Shown: one piece after another, positions 8,968 to 20,300 of the stretch | Layout of the letters: each line of letters begins with the position of its first letter | Position numbering within the stretch: position 1 is the first letter of the stretch | Source of the DNA: Stramenopiles sp. TOSAG23-2 | Lineage: Eukaryota | Direction: 5' to 3' | DNA length: 37,899 nucleotides | Assembly: GCA_900128395.1 (NCBI GenBank) | Contig: LT649322.1 | Location: 1-37,899 of the forward strand | Notes under the pieces: model-generated | Told to the model about the DNA's origin: nothing | The model's input: only the letters and a program-made list of their open reading frames with translations | Database searches by the model: none | Made by a program: the position numbers and the translations under genes

Positions 8968-11900
8968 TTAACGATTGGTCTTATTATGTTTTAACAACTT
9001 CGTACATTCCTCCAAAGCCAATTTCAATGCTTTTTGAGATCTCTCAAACGATACTCTCAGTTTACGTTTATGATGCTCAGATGTTTCTAACTTTAATTCC
9101 ATTGAATTTAGATCATCAAATAAATTTTGTGATTTCTTCTTCTCGTTTATCAAATTTTTATTCAAGCTTCCAATCTCTTCTTTTAAACGAGCAATTTCTA
9201 AGGATTGTCTTTCTAGCTTTAATTTCTTTTTCATCTCTTCTAACTCCTCGTCGTCCTCATCGTTTTCGTCTAAAGCCAAATTGCTAATATTGTTTAATGA
9301 TACATTTGCTTTTGATTGTTGCTTCAAGCGTTTTTTTCGTTTATTAGTCTTAGATGAATTTCCACTAGCACCCACAGATATTGTAGATACATTTAAATTG
9401 TTCATAGTTTCCATCGCACCAGCAATTTTATTACGAACTAAATCCTCATCTTCTTGTATAGAGCTTAATCGCTTCTTTAAATGCGTTACTTCATTCCTCG
9501 AATTACGCAATTCTCGCTTGAAATTTTCCATTTCAATGGACAATGCCTCCTTCTGCTCAATTAACCTCATATTCATTTCCATGTGTTCGTTTATTGTATT
9601 TGTTGCATTATCCAACAATTTCTTATTTGTGCTCATAGCACCGTCCATTTTACTTTTCAGCAACTCCATTTGATCAAATAAATGTCTTTTATCACTCTCC
9701 ATATTTTGCATTTCAGAATCTTTTTCAATGATTTTCTTCTCCAATTGCAATATACGATCGTCTTTCTCCTTCATATTATTTTCAAACATATGGCCTTTCG
9801 TTTGTATTTGTTCATGATAGGTTTTTGACGCAAAATCACTTTGTTCCCTGGCATTTTTCTCCCGTTTTAATGCAGCGTCAATATTAACAACTTTTGCATT
9901 CAATTCTTCCTGCATTTGATGTGCATTAGCAAGTCGTCGCATGAGGCTTTCCCGTTCCGTATGAAGCTCCGTGATTTCATTGCTATGATTAACTTTCAAT
10001 GTCGAAATATCTTCAATCAACGTGCTTTTTTCCTCTGTAAACTTTGCATTTGTTGTTGCCATTTTTTTCTGCAGATCTTCAACACTATCAACAAGATTTC
10101 TATTGTGTTCTTGTGTGGAACTTAATTCATCGGAAATAATCTGCATTTTCTTTCGTGCTTGAATTAAATTGTTTGACAATTCGTTTGTTTTAGATTGTAA
10201 CCTACTAATTTCTGCTGCGTGTGAAGCTTGTAAATGATTCATCGAGTCCGACATCATTTGTCTCATTTGCGATGATCCAATTTCATTTGATTTCATTTTT
10301 GTTTCTAATGATAAACTTCGCTCCGATGCTAAGCGTAGACCATCTCTTGCCTTTGCAAGTGCAATCCTTAGCTTTTCCAATTCACCATCTTTCATAGATA
10401 TCAAGCTTGAATCGCGTTGATGTTTCATATTCAAACTTTCTTCCATATCTTTATACGCAGCAATACTTGCTTGGGCAGCCTTACGCTCATTTGCTAATAA
10501 TTCTTTTTCATTTTTTAATGCAAATTGTAACTTTTCATTTTTCTCATCGCTTATATTTTTCTCGTTACCGACATGCTGCAGTTTTTCTTTCATATTTTCC
10601 ATTTCTACTGTAATGACCTTATTGTTAATTTTGAATTCATCAGCTTCACTAATTTGTTTTTGTAAATCATTAGACAATTGCTCTATATTTAACTCCATTT
10701 TAGCAATTTTGCTTTCATATGTTTCAACGACTGATTGATTCAACATAGTTACATCACCACTTGTATTATTCTGATTATTCAATTGCGCACTAAGTTGTAT
10801 AATCTGTTCGTCTTTTACTCTAGACTCATGTTCTAGCGTTGCTCTTAAACGTTCCATTTGCAGTGTATGGTTATTTAGATGTTGTACTTGGCTCCGTAAC
10901 GTAGCATTTTCAGCCCACAAGCGCCTTGACGTATCATCTAATTCGCGATATTTTTCCATCACCATCTCAATTCTAGTAGTATATTCTGTAATTGTGTTTT
11001 GCAGTACTATGTTTTGTCTTGACATTTCCGCTTTTGTTTGGCGGTATTTATATTTTAGCTCGTCAATATTCAATACATTAAGATTAATTTCATCCTCGCC
11101 ATCAATATTATTCCCCATGGTGGTAGTAATGTTTGTTTGACGCAACACATTTTTATGGTAATGTGACATGATTGGCTGGCGTTGTGGTATACGAACAACG
11201 TTAAATGATTTGCTATTGTACTTTTGTGGTGTTGATGAAGATGGGGGTATAGAGGCAGCGGTTTCCCGCATTTGTTGTGATATTTCTTTTTCACGTGATG
11301 GAGAGGATTGTTTTTTAACGCTTTTCTTACTATTTGTTTGTCCATTTGCACGTATTGTTGTTGATGATTTTGTAAAGCCAAGTTTCAAACCCATTATCTG
11401 TGCATTTAATTTTTCAGCCAGCTTCAAGCCTTCATCATCTTGAACATCCATAGTCGTATTATTGTTATTATTCACTTGTTGTTGTTTTTCTTCTTCTCGT
11501 CTATTTTCATCATTTTCCTCATCTATGTTGTTTTTACTGCTTAAAATTGTGTTACCTTTATTGCCATTTGGGACGACAACGACACAAGTTGTATCCTCTG
11601 TAATTAATTCTTTTTCTCCTTCAACCTGGGTATTGGCAATTATTATTGAAGTAGTATTTTTATCAATATCACTACCATTGTTCTTTTCATCCGCTGTTGG
11701 ACTTGGTAATGATCCTATAGAATCTTCCAAATTGTCCATTATACCCCCGCCTGTAATAATTTTACTTAATTGCATTGGGGTGTTTAATTTGATCTTACCT
11801 TCTAAACCATCCAGCTGCAGTATCGGTTTCATCAATGTAACAGGTTTCACATCGTTTTTAGTATTCGTGCTAATATTACCAGGAAATTCGATACTATCGT

Positions 11901-13341
11901 CATTACCTAAATTTCTAACGACTAAATTATCGTTGTTGTTGTTAATGCTATTGTTGTTTTTGTTGCTGTTGTCATTCGTTGTTGTCGGTGAATCAATTGA
12001 AATATCCATTAAATCGGCAGCAGTATCAACATTTGTAGTATCGTTTTTACTATTTACGACAGGGCTCCATAATAAATTTCGATCGTTTTTCTCACCATTA
12101 CCTATGAGACTTATTCTTTCCATACCATTCGGGGTACTTTGTAACACTCTAGATGAAAATTTTAATGTTGGTAATACTTGCTCTGAGCTATGTTTCGAAC
12201 GTTGACTAACTTGTCCAATGAATATATTGGTATGCTTCTCTGTAAAAGAGGATTTCAACACGTATGTAAGTTTCGTATCACGACATGCTAGTAGACTGTC
12301 ATTTTTCTCTTGTAAATCTTTTGTACATCTTAAAAAGCTTGATAATGTTAATTGTACATTTTCTGCACCTGGATCATTATTAGTTGCTGCTGAAGATGAT
12401 AAATCTGCAAAATTGATGAAGCGAATGTATGATGTGGAACATTTCCAATTTTTATTAGATGATAATGATTTAGCTGGAGTTGTTCCCCCAAGTGCATTTA
12501 ACTTTGGTGTTTTTGATTTACTGTTTGCCATGATACCAGGTGACGTAGGATCTATACGAGTCCATTTTTCTAATTTAACTTTTACAATCATATGTTGCTC
12601 ATTTGTTGTATTATTATTTTTATTTTTCTTACCATGTTTTTTTTTATGTTTCTTTCGATGATGTATAACTCGTTTTATAACTTTGATAGCTTGATCAACA
12701 TCATCGACATATTTTTCACATAAATCAGGTATTAAAATATCATCATTTCCATCACTTTCCTCTGTTCGTAAATTTTTATTGCTTGTATGTATTAAATCGT
12801 TGATTTTATCTTTTATTATACCACATATTGATATTGATATTTTATATTTTACAAGTGGGCTTTTCTTTTTCATTCGTATTTTTCCGAAATAACTTGTAAT
12901 TGTGCGTGGTATGATACCTAGACCAACTTGCAATTCATCCCCGTGTGTTTTTCCCAGTAATGTATGCTTCCGGCCACTACCTTTTGCACCTAATATATAA
13001 ATGGAAACGTTTTCAGATTGATGAAATGTTTTATTAATATATTCATCTAAGTAAGAATATAAATCAATTTGATTTGTACCAGGGCCAAAGACAGTATCAT
13101 ATGAAAATTTATATTGCTCATCTAAAGTTTCTACATATTTAACAACACCAGCATTGTCATAATTTGTAAAGCTAAGTTGTTGTTTCACTTGGTCATCAGC
13201 TTTGTCATTATTATTATTATTATTATTGTTGTTCTTCCTCTTTGTCTTTTTCTTTTTAACAGGACTATTATTTAAATTATTGGAAGGAACCATACGAACC
13301 AATACACGCCATTCATTATTATTTGTTGTGTTTTTGTCCAT
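8968..13341 (-). CDS. Kinesin-like protein (divergent motor domain + long coiled coil), probable pseudo-ATPase
   Basis: First ATG at 13341. Kinesin fold landmarks: VLVRMVP, FSYDTVF, Q.DLY, SIYILG..GSG..HTL, GIIPR, INDLI, FADL, RDTKLTYVLKSS, TLKFSSR. C-terminal ~650 aa is heptad-rich coiled coil. Confidence 0.8.
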   Translation of the reverse strand: MDKNTTNNNEWRVLVRMVPSNNLNNSPVKKKKTKRKNNNNNNNNNDKADDQVKQQLSFTNYDNAGVVKYVETLDEQYKFSYDTVFGPGTNQIDLYSYLDEYINKTFHQSENVSIYILGAKGSGRKHTLLGKTHGDELQVGLGIIPRTITSYFGKIRMKKKSPLVKYKISISICGIIKDKINDLIHTSNKNLRTEESDGNDDILIPDLCEKYVDDVDQAIKVIKRVIHHRKKHKKKHGKKNKNNNTTNEQHMIVKVKLEKWTRIDPTSPGIMANSKSKTPKLNALGGTTPAKSLSSNKNWKCSTSYIRFINFADLSSSAATNNDPGAENVQLTLSSFLRCTKDLQEKNDSLLACRDTKLTYVLKSSFTEKHTNIFIGQVSQRSKHSSEQVLPTLKFSSRVLQSTPNGMERISLIGNGEKNDRNLLWSPVVNSKNDTTNVDTAADLMDISIDSPTTTNDNSNKNNNSINNNNDNLVVRNLGNDDSIEFPGNISTNTKNDVKPVTLMKPILQLDGLEGKIKLNTPMQLSKIITGGGIMDNLEDSIGSLPSPTADEKNNGSDIDKNTTSIIIANTQVEGEKELITEDTTCVVVVPNGNKGNTILSSKNNIDEENDENRREEEKQQQVNNNNNTTMDVQDDEGLKLAEKLNAQIMGLKLGFTKSSTTIRANGQTNSKKSVKKQSSPSREKEISQQMRETAASIPPSSSTPQKYNSKSFNVVRIPQRQPIMSHYHKNVLRQTNITTTMGNNIDGEDEINLNVLNIDELKYKYRQTKAEMSRQNIVLQNTITEYTTRIEMVMEKYRELDDTSRRLWAENATLRSQVQHLNNHTLQMERLRATLEHESRVKDEQIIQLSAQLNNQNNTSGDVTMLNQSVVETYESKIAKMELNIEQLSNDLQKQISEADEFKINNKVITVEMENMKEKLQHVGNEKNISDEKNEKLQFALKNEKELLANERKAAQASIAAYKDMEESLNMKHQRDSSLISMKDGELEKLRIALAKARDGLRLASERSLSLETKMKSNEIGSSQMRQMMSDSMNHLQASHAAEISRLQSKTNELSNNLIQARKKMQIISDELSSTQEHNRNLVDSVEDLQKKMATTNAKFTEEKSTLIEDISTLKVNHSNEITELHTERESLMRRLANAHQMQEELNAKVVNIDAALKREKNAREQSDFASKTYHEQIQTKGHMFENNMKEKDDRILQLEKKIIEKDSEMQNMESDKRHLFDQMELLKSKMDGAMSTNKKLLDNATNTINEHMEMNMRLIEQKEALSIEMENFKRELRNSRNEVTHLKKRLSSIQEDEDLVRNKIAGAMETMNNLNVSTISVGASGNSSKTNKRKKRLKQQSKANVSLNNISNLALDENDEDDEELEEMKKKLKLERQSLEIARLKEEIGSLNKNLINEKKKSQNLFDDLNSMELKLETSEHHKRKLRVSFERSQKALKLALEECTKLLKHNKTNR

Positions 13342-14150
13342 TTTTTTTTTTTTTAATATATGTAATTCACCAAACAAACAAACAAACAAAATTCCAGTGT
13401 CTTTTATTCAATATATAATATGATATTATCTCACACGCAATACTTCTATACTTTCTTTTTCGGTTTACCTTAGCACATGTATATATATGAATAGATTATG
13501 TATATATATACGTCTACTTTGTATGCTTTTTTCCATTGAATCACACGTACTCTCTTCAGCAATAAATAATATTTCTATAGTTGCTTTTGGAAATCCAGGA
13601 AAATATATAAGTTTATGTTAACGGCCGGATTGCCAGGATTGATTGTCGAATTATTACCTTAAATTGGGAACTTTTTTAACCGAACACGAACAAATGCTAA
13701 ATTATTATATTTCGTATTTTAATTGTATATTAATTAGTAAGTAAAGTGATGATGGATGGACTAATTTTGGTCATTTTTGGTGAAGATGAAAGTTGGATGA
13801 AAATTTAGGTCGGCGCACATGTCAGAGTTAACCCTCCCGAATAACCTTAATGCGAATCCAAACATCAACTCTCACTTAAACTGTTATTTTTATTATTACA
13901 TTTGGAATGGTGGATTGTGCAATTTAAATTTCAAATAATTATTATTATTTATTTCGAAAAAATTATTATCAATAAATAAAATAGAATTATACGAGGTAAA
14001 TAGCATTGTAAATCAGTGGTAAATTTTCATTCTTCCAAAATTTTAATTATTTAATTTTAATTTAAAAAAAACTACTCCAAGTGTTGATGAAAACCAATGG
14101 GAACAGCAGATACGAATGGCAAGAGAAAGATCATAACAGAAAACTTTATT

Positions 14151-14302
14151 TTTTGCTTCATTTCATATATATTGTAATAGACGATATTTAAACGTTATAT
14201 ATATATAGAGAGAGAGAGAGAGAAATTTTGCTTCATTTCATATATATTGTAATAGACGATATTTAAACGTTATATATATATATAGAGAGAGAGAGAGAGA
14301 AA
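14151..14302. repeat. Near-exact tandem duplication (75 bp + 77 bp)
   Basis: ttttgcttcatttcatatatattgtaatagacgatatttaaacgt(ta)n(ag)8aaa occurs at 14151-14225 and 14226-14302. The copies differ by one TA unit. Confidence 0.95.
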
Positions 14303-14387
14303 GAAAGAAAAGTGACGTGATAGAAGTTAGAAATAGAAGAGTGAGGGGGAAAAAAATATCATAATTATTATCAAAATTAGGTAAAAC

Positions 14388-17300
14388 ATGGCAGATAAAG
14401 TTGTTGTACCAAGAAGACCGCCAAATCCTATTGTAACAGGAAAACGTAGTATTCATATGACACGTGCACCACTTATATATACAAAAGGCACTGGTAGTCA
14501 ACGTGTGCCTGTGTTTGCAAGAGTTATTCCATCCATGCCAAAAGCACCGTCCGTGGAGACAAAAATACCGTTACCGCCATCCTCCACTACGGATCAACAA
14601 CAACAACCTATGACACCAACAAAGCGACAAAATATATCGCCAAATACCAATAACGATGGTGATGATACATATAACAATGATACCTTTAACAGAACACCGC
14701 CTGAATCACCAATAGATCCTAAAGTTGTAGGCTTAATGATAGAACAACGCAGAAAAGATTATGCGGAACGACTAAGGGAAAGACATAAACGTATATACGT
14801 CAAACCACAACATAATATATTGAAAATAGATTCAACAAATACTAGTAGGAAAAAAAATAATAATAATAATAGGAAACGTACACAAAAAGTTAAAGTAGTG
14901 AGGGATAAATGGGAAGGTCGACCAGAAGAAAAAGCTGCTATATTAACAAACAATGCAATTAAACGTAGCGAAGATGCTATGAGAAAGTTGAAAGAAGACC
15001 GTTTAATGGAACAAAGAAAAAAAGAAAGTGCAACTGCAAGGCGGTTACGTGTGAACGAAATGGGACGTTTAATACGGCAACAAAATAAAATAAGAATGCA
15101 AGAAGAGATGATGCGAGCAGCAACAGCAGCAGATGATGATGATAGGTTTGATTATGAAAATGAAAATTTTGATAATATATCTAATATGGGACAGGCAAAT
15201 ATAGATAAACAAAATGCGGTACACATTTTACGGAATGACAAAACTGGGGAACAGGAAATTTTAAAAACAGTTATAAGCGATAATATTCTTGGAACGAATA
15301 TGGAAGAAAATCAATTTAATAACATGGTAAAACGGAGTACGATACATCGTCCGCCTCAAACAAAAAGCAGAAAGTTAGTGATGAAAAATGCAGTGCCTCC
15401 ACGACCTAGGAAACCACGAGTACCGCGTTTAAGTGGTAATAGAAGTGTTGGAAATAATGCGAAAAAGAATAAACGAAATAGAGGATACGAGAGTCAAGTT
15501 AAAAAGAAGCGTAAACCACCTGTACCACGATTAAGTGGTAAAAGTAAAAGTAATACTCGAAATAACAATGGTGGTAATAATCACAATAACAACAACAATC
15601 GCAATAGTAATAAAACAAAAACAAGTAAAAATGGATTTAAAATAGCATCTTCCTCAAAAGTTAATTCTGCCACGAATCCGGTTAATAAGGATAACGATGA
15701 TGATGTAAATATAACTAAAGAGAATGAAAAAAATAGAATTCAAGAATTTATAAAAGAAAAAAGAAAACGTCGACGTCAGGAGAAAAAAAATGAAACTTTA
15801 AAAGAAGCAAAGGAGGATCTATTGAGAAGAAAACGTTTGAGACAATTAGATGAAAAATTTAAAAAACGTCGTGAAACCATTAAAAGACGAATAGCGGAGG
15901 AAGCAAGAGAAAAAAGCAAACGGAAAAAGGCAAGGAGAAAAATGATGAAGAGATTAAGAAAGGAAAAAAAACGGTCAAAAAAAACTACTATTGACGATTT
16001 ACCAAACCGTGCCAATTTAATTAGTGGTGATATATACAGCAATGCTGAATATGTCAATGACAATTTAGTGGACCAATTTGAATGGCAAGCAGTTGAAACG
16101 AATGGTGATGAGTATTACAATGATACCGATGATATGGGGTATGATAGACAATTAAGTCCAAGTCCAGTAAGCATGATGAATGATATTACGCCATCTAATA
16201 GCAGGCCTACAAGTAGTCTTGCACAGCCTTACTCTCAAAATAATATGAATATGGATCAAGGTGGTGAATATGGGAATGGAGAGGACGATGCTGATTTTCT
16301 AAATCGAGAAGCGTTGCTCAATGGAGTAGGTATAGTTTCAGATAGCAATGCCGTGAAACAACAGCAAGCGCCATCTTCGTTGCAAAAACAAAGTGATTCA
16401 GGAGATTTAAATATAAACTCAGATTATAGAAAATTAGTCGAGCAAAGTGCCGGTGGCCAACATGTTACTGATGAGCAGCAACAGGTTGATAATAGCAGTA
16501 GCGATCCACAAGAACGAGAAATTATTCTGAATCGAATGAATGCATTAAAAAGAGCAACTGAGCAATTATCTGCACGTATATCTGTATTATCGTCTCAAAA
16601 AGGAACGTCGGGGGATACGGGGGATATGGATGCAACGATCGTAAAACAAATGGCCATCCCAGCGGATTTGCAGGCGGAAGAGGCAATCGAAAGGGACAAC
16701 ATGCGAAGGGCTAAAGATACGTTAAAAAGTAACCAGCGGGTCGAAACTGAATCGGCGCGACACATTCATCGTTTAGTGAAAGAAGTTGCAAATGCTGAAC
16801 TGCCAGAGTATTTGGATGATGAAGATGCCAATAAATCGAAGGGTAATGTTAAAAAAAATGTTGAAAGAAATAATAAAAAAGTCCAAGTTGTTGAGGAATT
16901 CAATATCCAAAAGGATGATCTCAAGAAAAATAATAATAAGTATGAGGAAGAGGAAGATGATGAAGATTATGAGGATGAATTTGATTCAGATGGCTACGAT
17001 GATGACGAGGATGATGGAGAGAAACCTGGTGTAACATCATTATCGACCTCAGTCAGGCTAAATAATGATACATCTGTTAATGTACAGAACGATATTAGTA
17101 ATCGAGCAAAGAGTGTTGGAAAAGCAACAGGTTCTTCCCCAACGATAAAAGAAGTGCAGACATTGCAACAACAAGATTCACAATTTAACAATGTCTTAAA
17201 AGATGCTCATGACTTATTTCAGAAGCATTCGAAACTTGTCGATGAGAGTTATCCTGAGCAGAAATTGAAAATATCGTCTACTTATGATGCAGATGATATT

Positions 17301-20300
17301 AATACTATTCCAACCACAACTAACCCAACAGTTAACCTCAAGTTAGCTGCTGAAGCTGCTGCTGCTGTTGCTGCTGCTACGCGTGCCTCAAGAGAAGCTC
17401 TTGATAGAGCACGGGAACTAGAAGCCGATTCCAAAATTGGTATATTGTCTGTTAAAATTAATGGTACTAGGCGTGAGAATAATTTCGGTGGAAGCAATAA
17501 TGATGTCGTTCAAAACCCAGTTATCATAGAAAATGATTTCAAAATGTCACCAAGGGCGTATGATATAGTCGACTCATATAGTATATTAGACATATATGCA
17601 CAAGATGCAGTCCAACACGAACATTATCAAAAAGCTATGGTAATACGAGATGAAAAATTGAAGAAACAAGAGGAGGAAAAGGCGACAGAAATGGAAGAAG
17701 AGCAGAAGCAAGCGACGGTAGCGATCCAAACAGGTACATATTGGGACACGATGCTAATGAAGGATAGTTCACACAATGTGACTGAAGAGCGAGGTGTTGG
17801 TGGAAAAGGAGTTGTAGAAATCGATCCTAAAAATGAGCAACAAATACGAGAAAATTTACCATCTCCACATTTTCTAAATAATGATACTACAGATACAAAT
17901 AACGATATTAGTGTGGAAGATGTGCCGATGGTTCCTTACTCGCCCCCTCGAAGTTTACCAATGGAAACCGAGAAAATTAAACGTTTATCCCCCGGGTCAT
18001 TATCTCGAAAATTGCTTGCTGAGGTAGATCTATTACAAGAACTAACGGAGTCGGAAAAGCAATTAGATGCCATTGTACATGCAAACGAGTTACAAATGGC
18101 ACAAAAAGAAACAATTGAACTAGCTAATCAATGGAATGCGCAACAAGAAGAAGCAGCACAATTAGCAGAACGAGTTGCCGCAGAGCAGGCTCATGCTGCG
18201 GAAATGCAAATGCAGGCAAGTCAAATTACGTTGACCCTACAAGCTGCACACGAGGAGCAACTCCTTTCAATGAATGCGCACTTAGAAATGATACGCAAGG
18301 AAAACGAGGCTGCAAAGATTAGGGAAACTGGGGCTCAAACTACTCAAGTTGTTACTTTAAACCAAGGTACCGATCCAGAGCAAAGAAGTGCAAATAATCA
18401 AAGCATAGCGCTTAGCACTGGAGGTTTGATTTTTGATGCACGGTCGCCAAATGCTGATAGGACCGTAGATGATTTAATTGAAAACACGCAAGAATATTCT
18501 GCTGACTTTGAAATTGGAGACGATAGTACATTGCAAAGTTCGAAAAAGTCTATAAGAAAAAAAAGGAGCAGTAATGATGATAGCGAAATCCCTGATGAAA
18601 TTGATGAAAGCTTGTCTGCGCAACAGGAAACACAAAATCAAACGCAAATGGAAAGCATTGCGGAGGAGGATTTTGTGAACCATGAGGCATCCATGCAAAG
18701 TATCGTGGAAGATTATGTAGAAGATTTTGAATCTGTAAAATCTGAAGAAATATTAATTGATGACAGTATTAAAGAAGAAAATAGTGCTATTGGCCGGCTT
18801 GACGGTAGCAATAGAAGTATAGTAGAAGAGACAGATTTGGAAAGAAGTACCAAGCGTTTGATTAAGAAAATTCAAAAAGATATGGAAACTCGTCATAGAC
18901 ATGAGAACGAACTTTTAGATGTTCGCGAAGCAGCAATCAAAGAACGCACGAAAGAACGAATGAATTTATTAGAAGAAGGACAGCAAGTTCATTTGCAACA
19001 ATTATCAGTAGAGGAGATTGCTAATGAACGAGATAGAATAACATATACCTTTAAAAAGAATATCGCGGAGGTGCAACGACAACGAGCCTCGTTGCAAGTG
19101 CGCCATTATCGGGAGATTTTGAAGTTGCGATCTCGCCAAAAGATTTTGGATAAATTGTCATCAACGGAGAATGATGAGTACTCAAGTGACATGGAGTCTG
19201 ATATTGTTACAACAGATGATGATGGCGGCGGACGATCTAAATCACCGCAATCAATCGCTGAGGATAAAGATTTAATCATAGAAGAGCCTCAATCCGTTAT
19301 TGGAAAGGATAAAAACTTTTCCCGTGCTGAATCTTTTGTATTAGAAGTAAGGGAAGTTGATCATGTGGAAGATGAAGTGGTGGAAGTAGCGGACGAATTT
19401 GAACTGAATGTTCAGGAAGAAAGTGTCCAAGAAGACTTGAAATTCACTGATAACGAATCCTCTCGCGCATTAAAACGTAGTTTATCTCGTACATCGGAAG
19501 CTTCAGTCGATTACGTTGATGATTTTGAAGACGACTTTGAGGATGATGGTTTAGTAGATGATTCAATTCGAATGCAAGCAATTTCACAAGAATTAAAATC
19601 TTTGCAACGAAGGGTATCCTCAGGCGAGACACAGGAGTCCTCTACTGATTCGGAGGAGGCTCAAAGCCTAAAAAAGCGCGAGGCAGAATTGAAAAAGAGA
19701 CGAGAAAAGGCTGAAAAATTATTAAGAGAAAAACAGAAAATCGTTGAACGTGCTCGAAGACGCGAAGTATTGGAAGCGGAGGAGAAAAAAGTAAACGATT
19801 TATTGGAACGAGCATTAAAGTATGACGTGGAAGAGGAAATTAAAAAATTAAAGTCAGCAGATGAGCAAAATAAGACACAGATGCACCGTACTAGTAAATT
19901 GTCACCGGTGCAACAGCAATTATTGCAGAATCAAAAAATGCAGCGGGAGTTGAAGGAAGAACAAAATAATGACAAATCAGTCATATCAAATATTCCTTCG
20001 GAGGATGAAGATGTTGTGGATGAAGTAATAACCGTGCATGAAACAAGCACGTCTAGAATGGAAGATTCTTATGGCGATGATACTTTTGAAGATTCCAATC
20101 GTAGCATTACGAAGAAAATAATGTCATCCCCAACACCAGTAAAGAAGAAAGAAAATGAGGAGATCAGCGAAAGTCCCACTAATAATAAAAAGGCTAATAC
20201 TAAAACAACATTTACAATTGAAGATGACGAGGAGGAATCTATTTCAATCGAAAGCGACATTGTTATTGAAGATGATGATGTTGAAGATAATGTTGATATT

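Noticed and set aside
11462-12661. Long antisense ORFs (also 20348-21076, 25527-25895, 7155-7823 and other short track ORFs)
   Set aside because: Shadows of real genes on the opposite strand with S/F/L-rich composition and mostly non-ATG starts; no family motifs.
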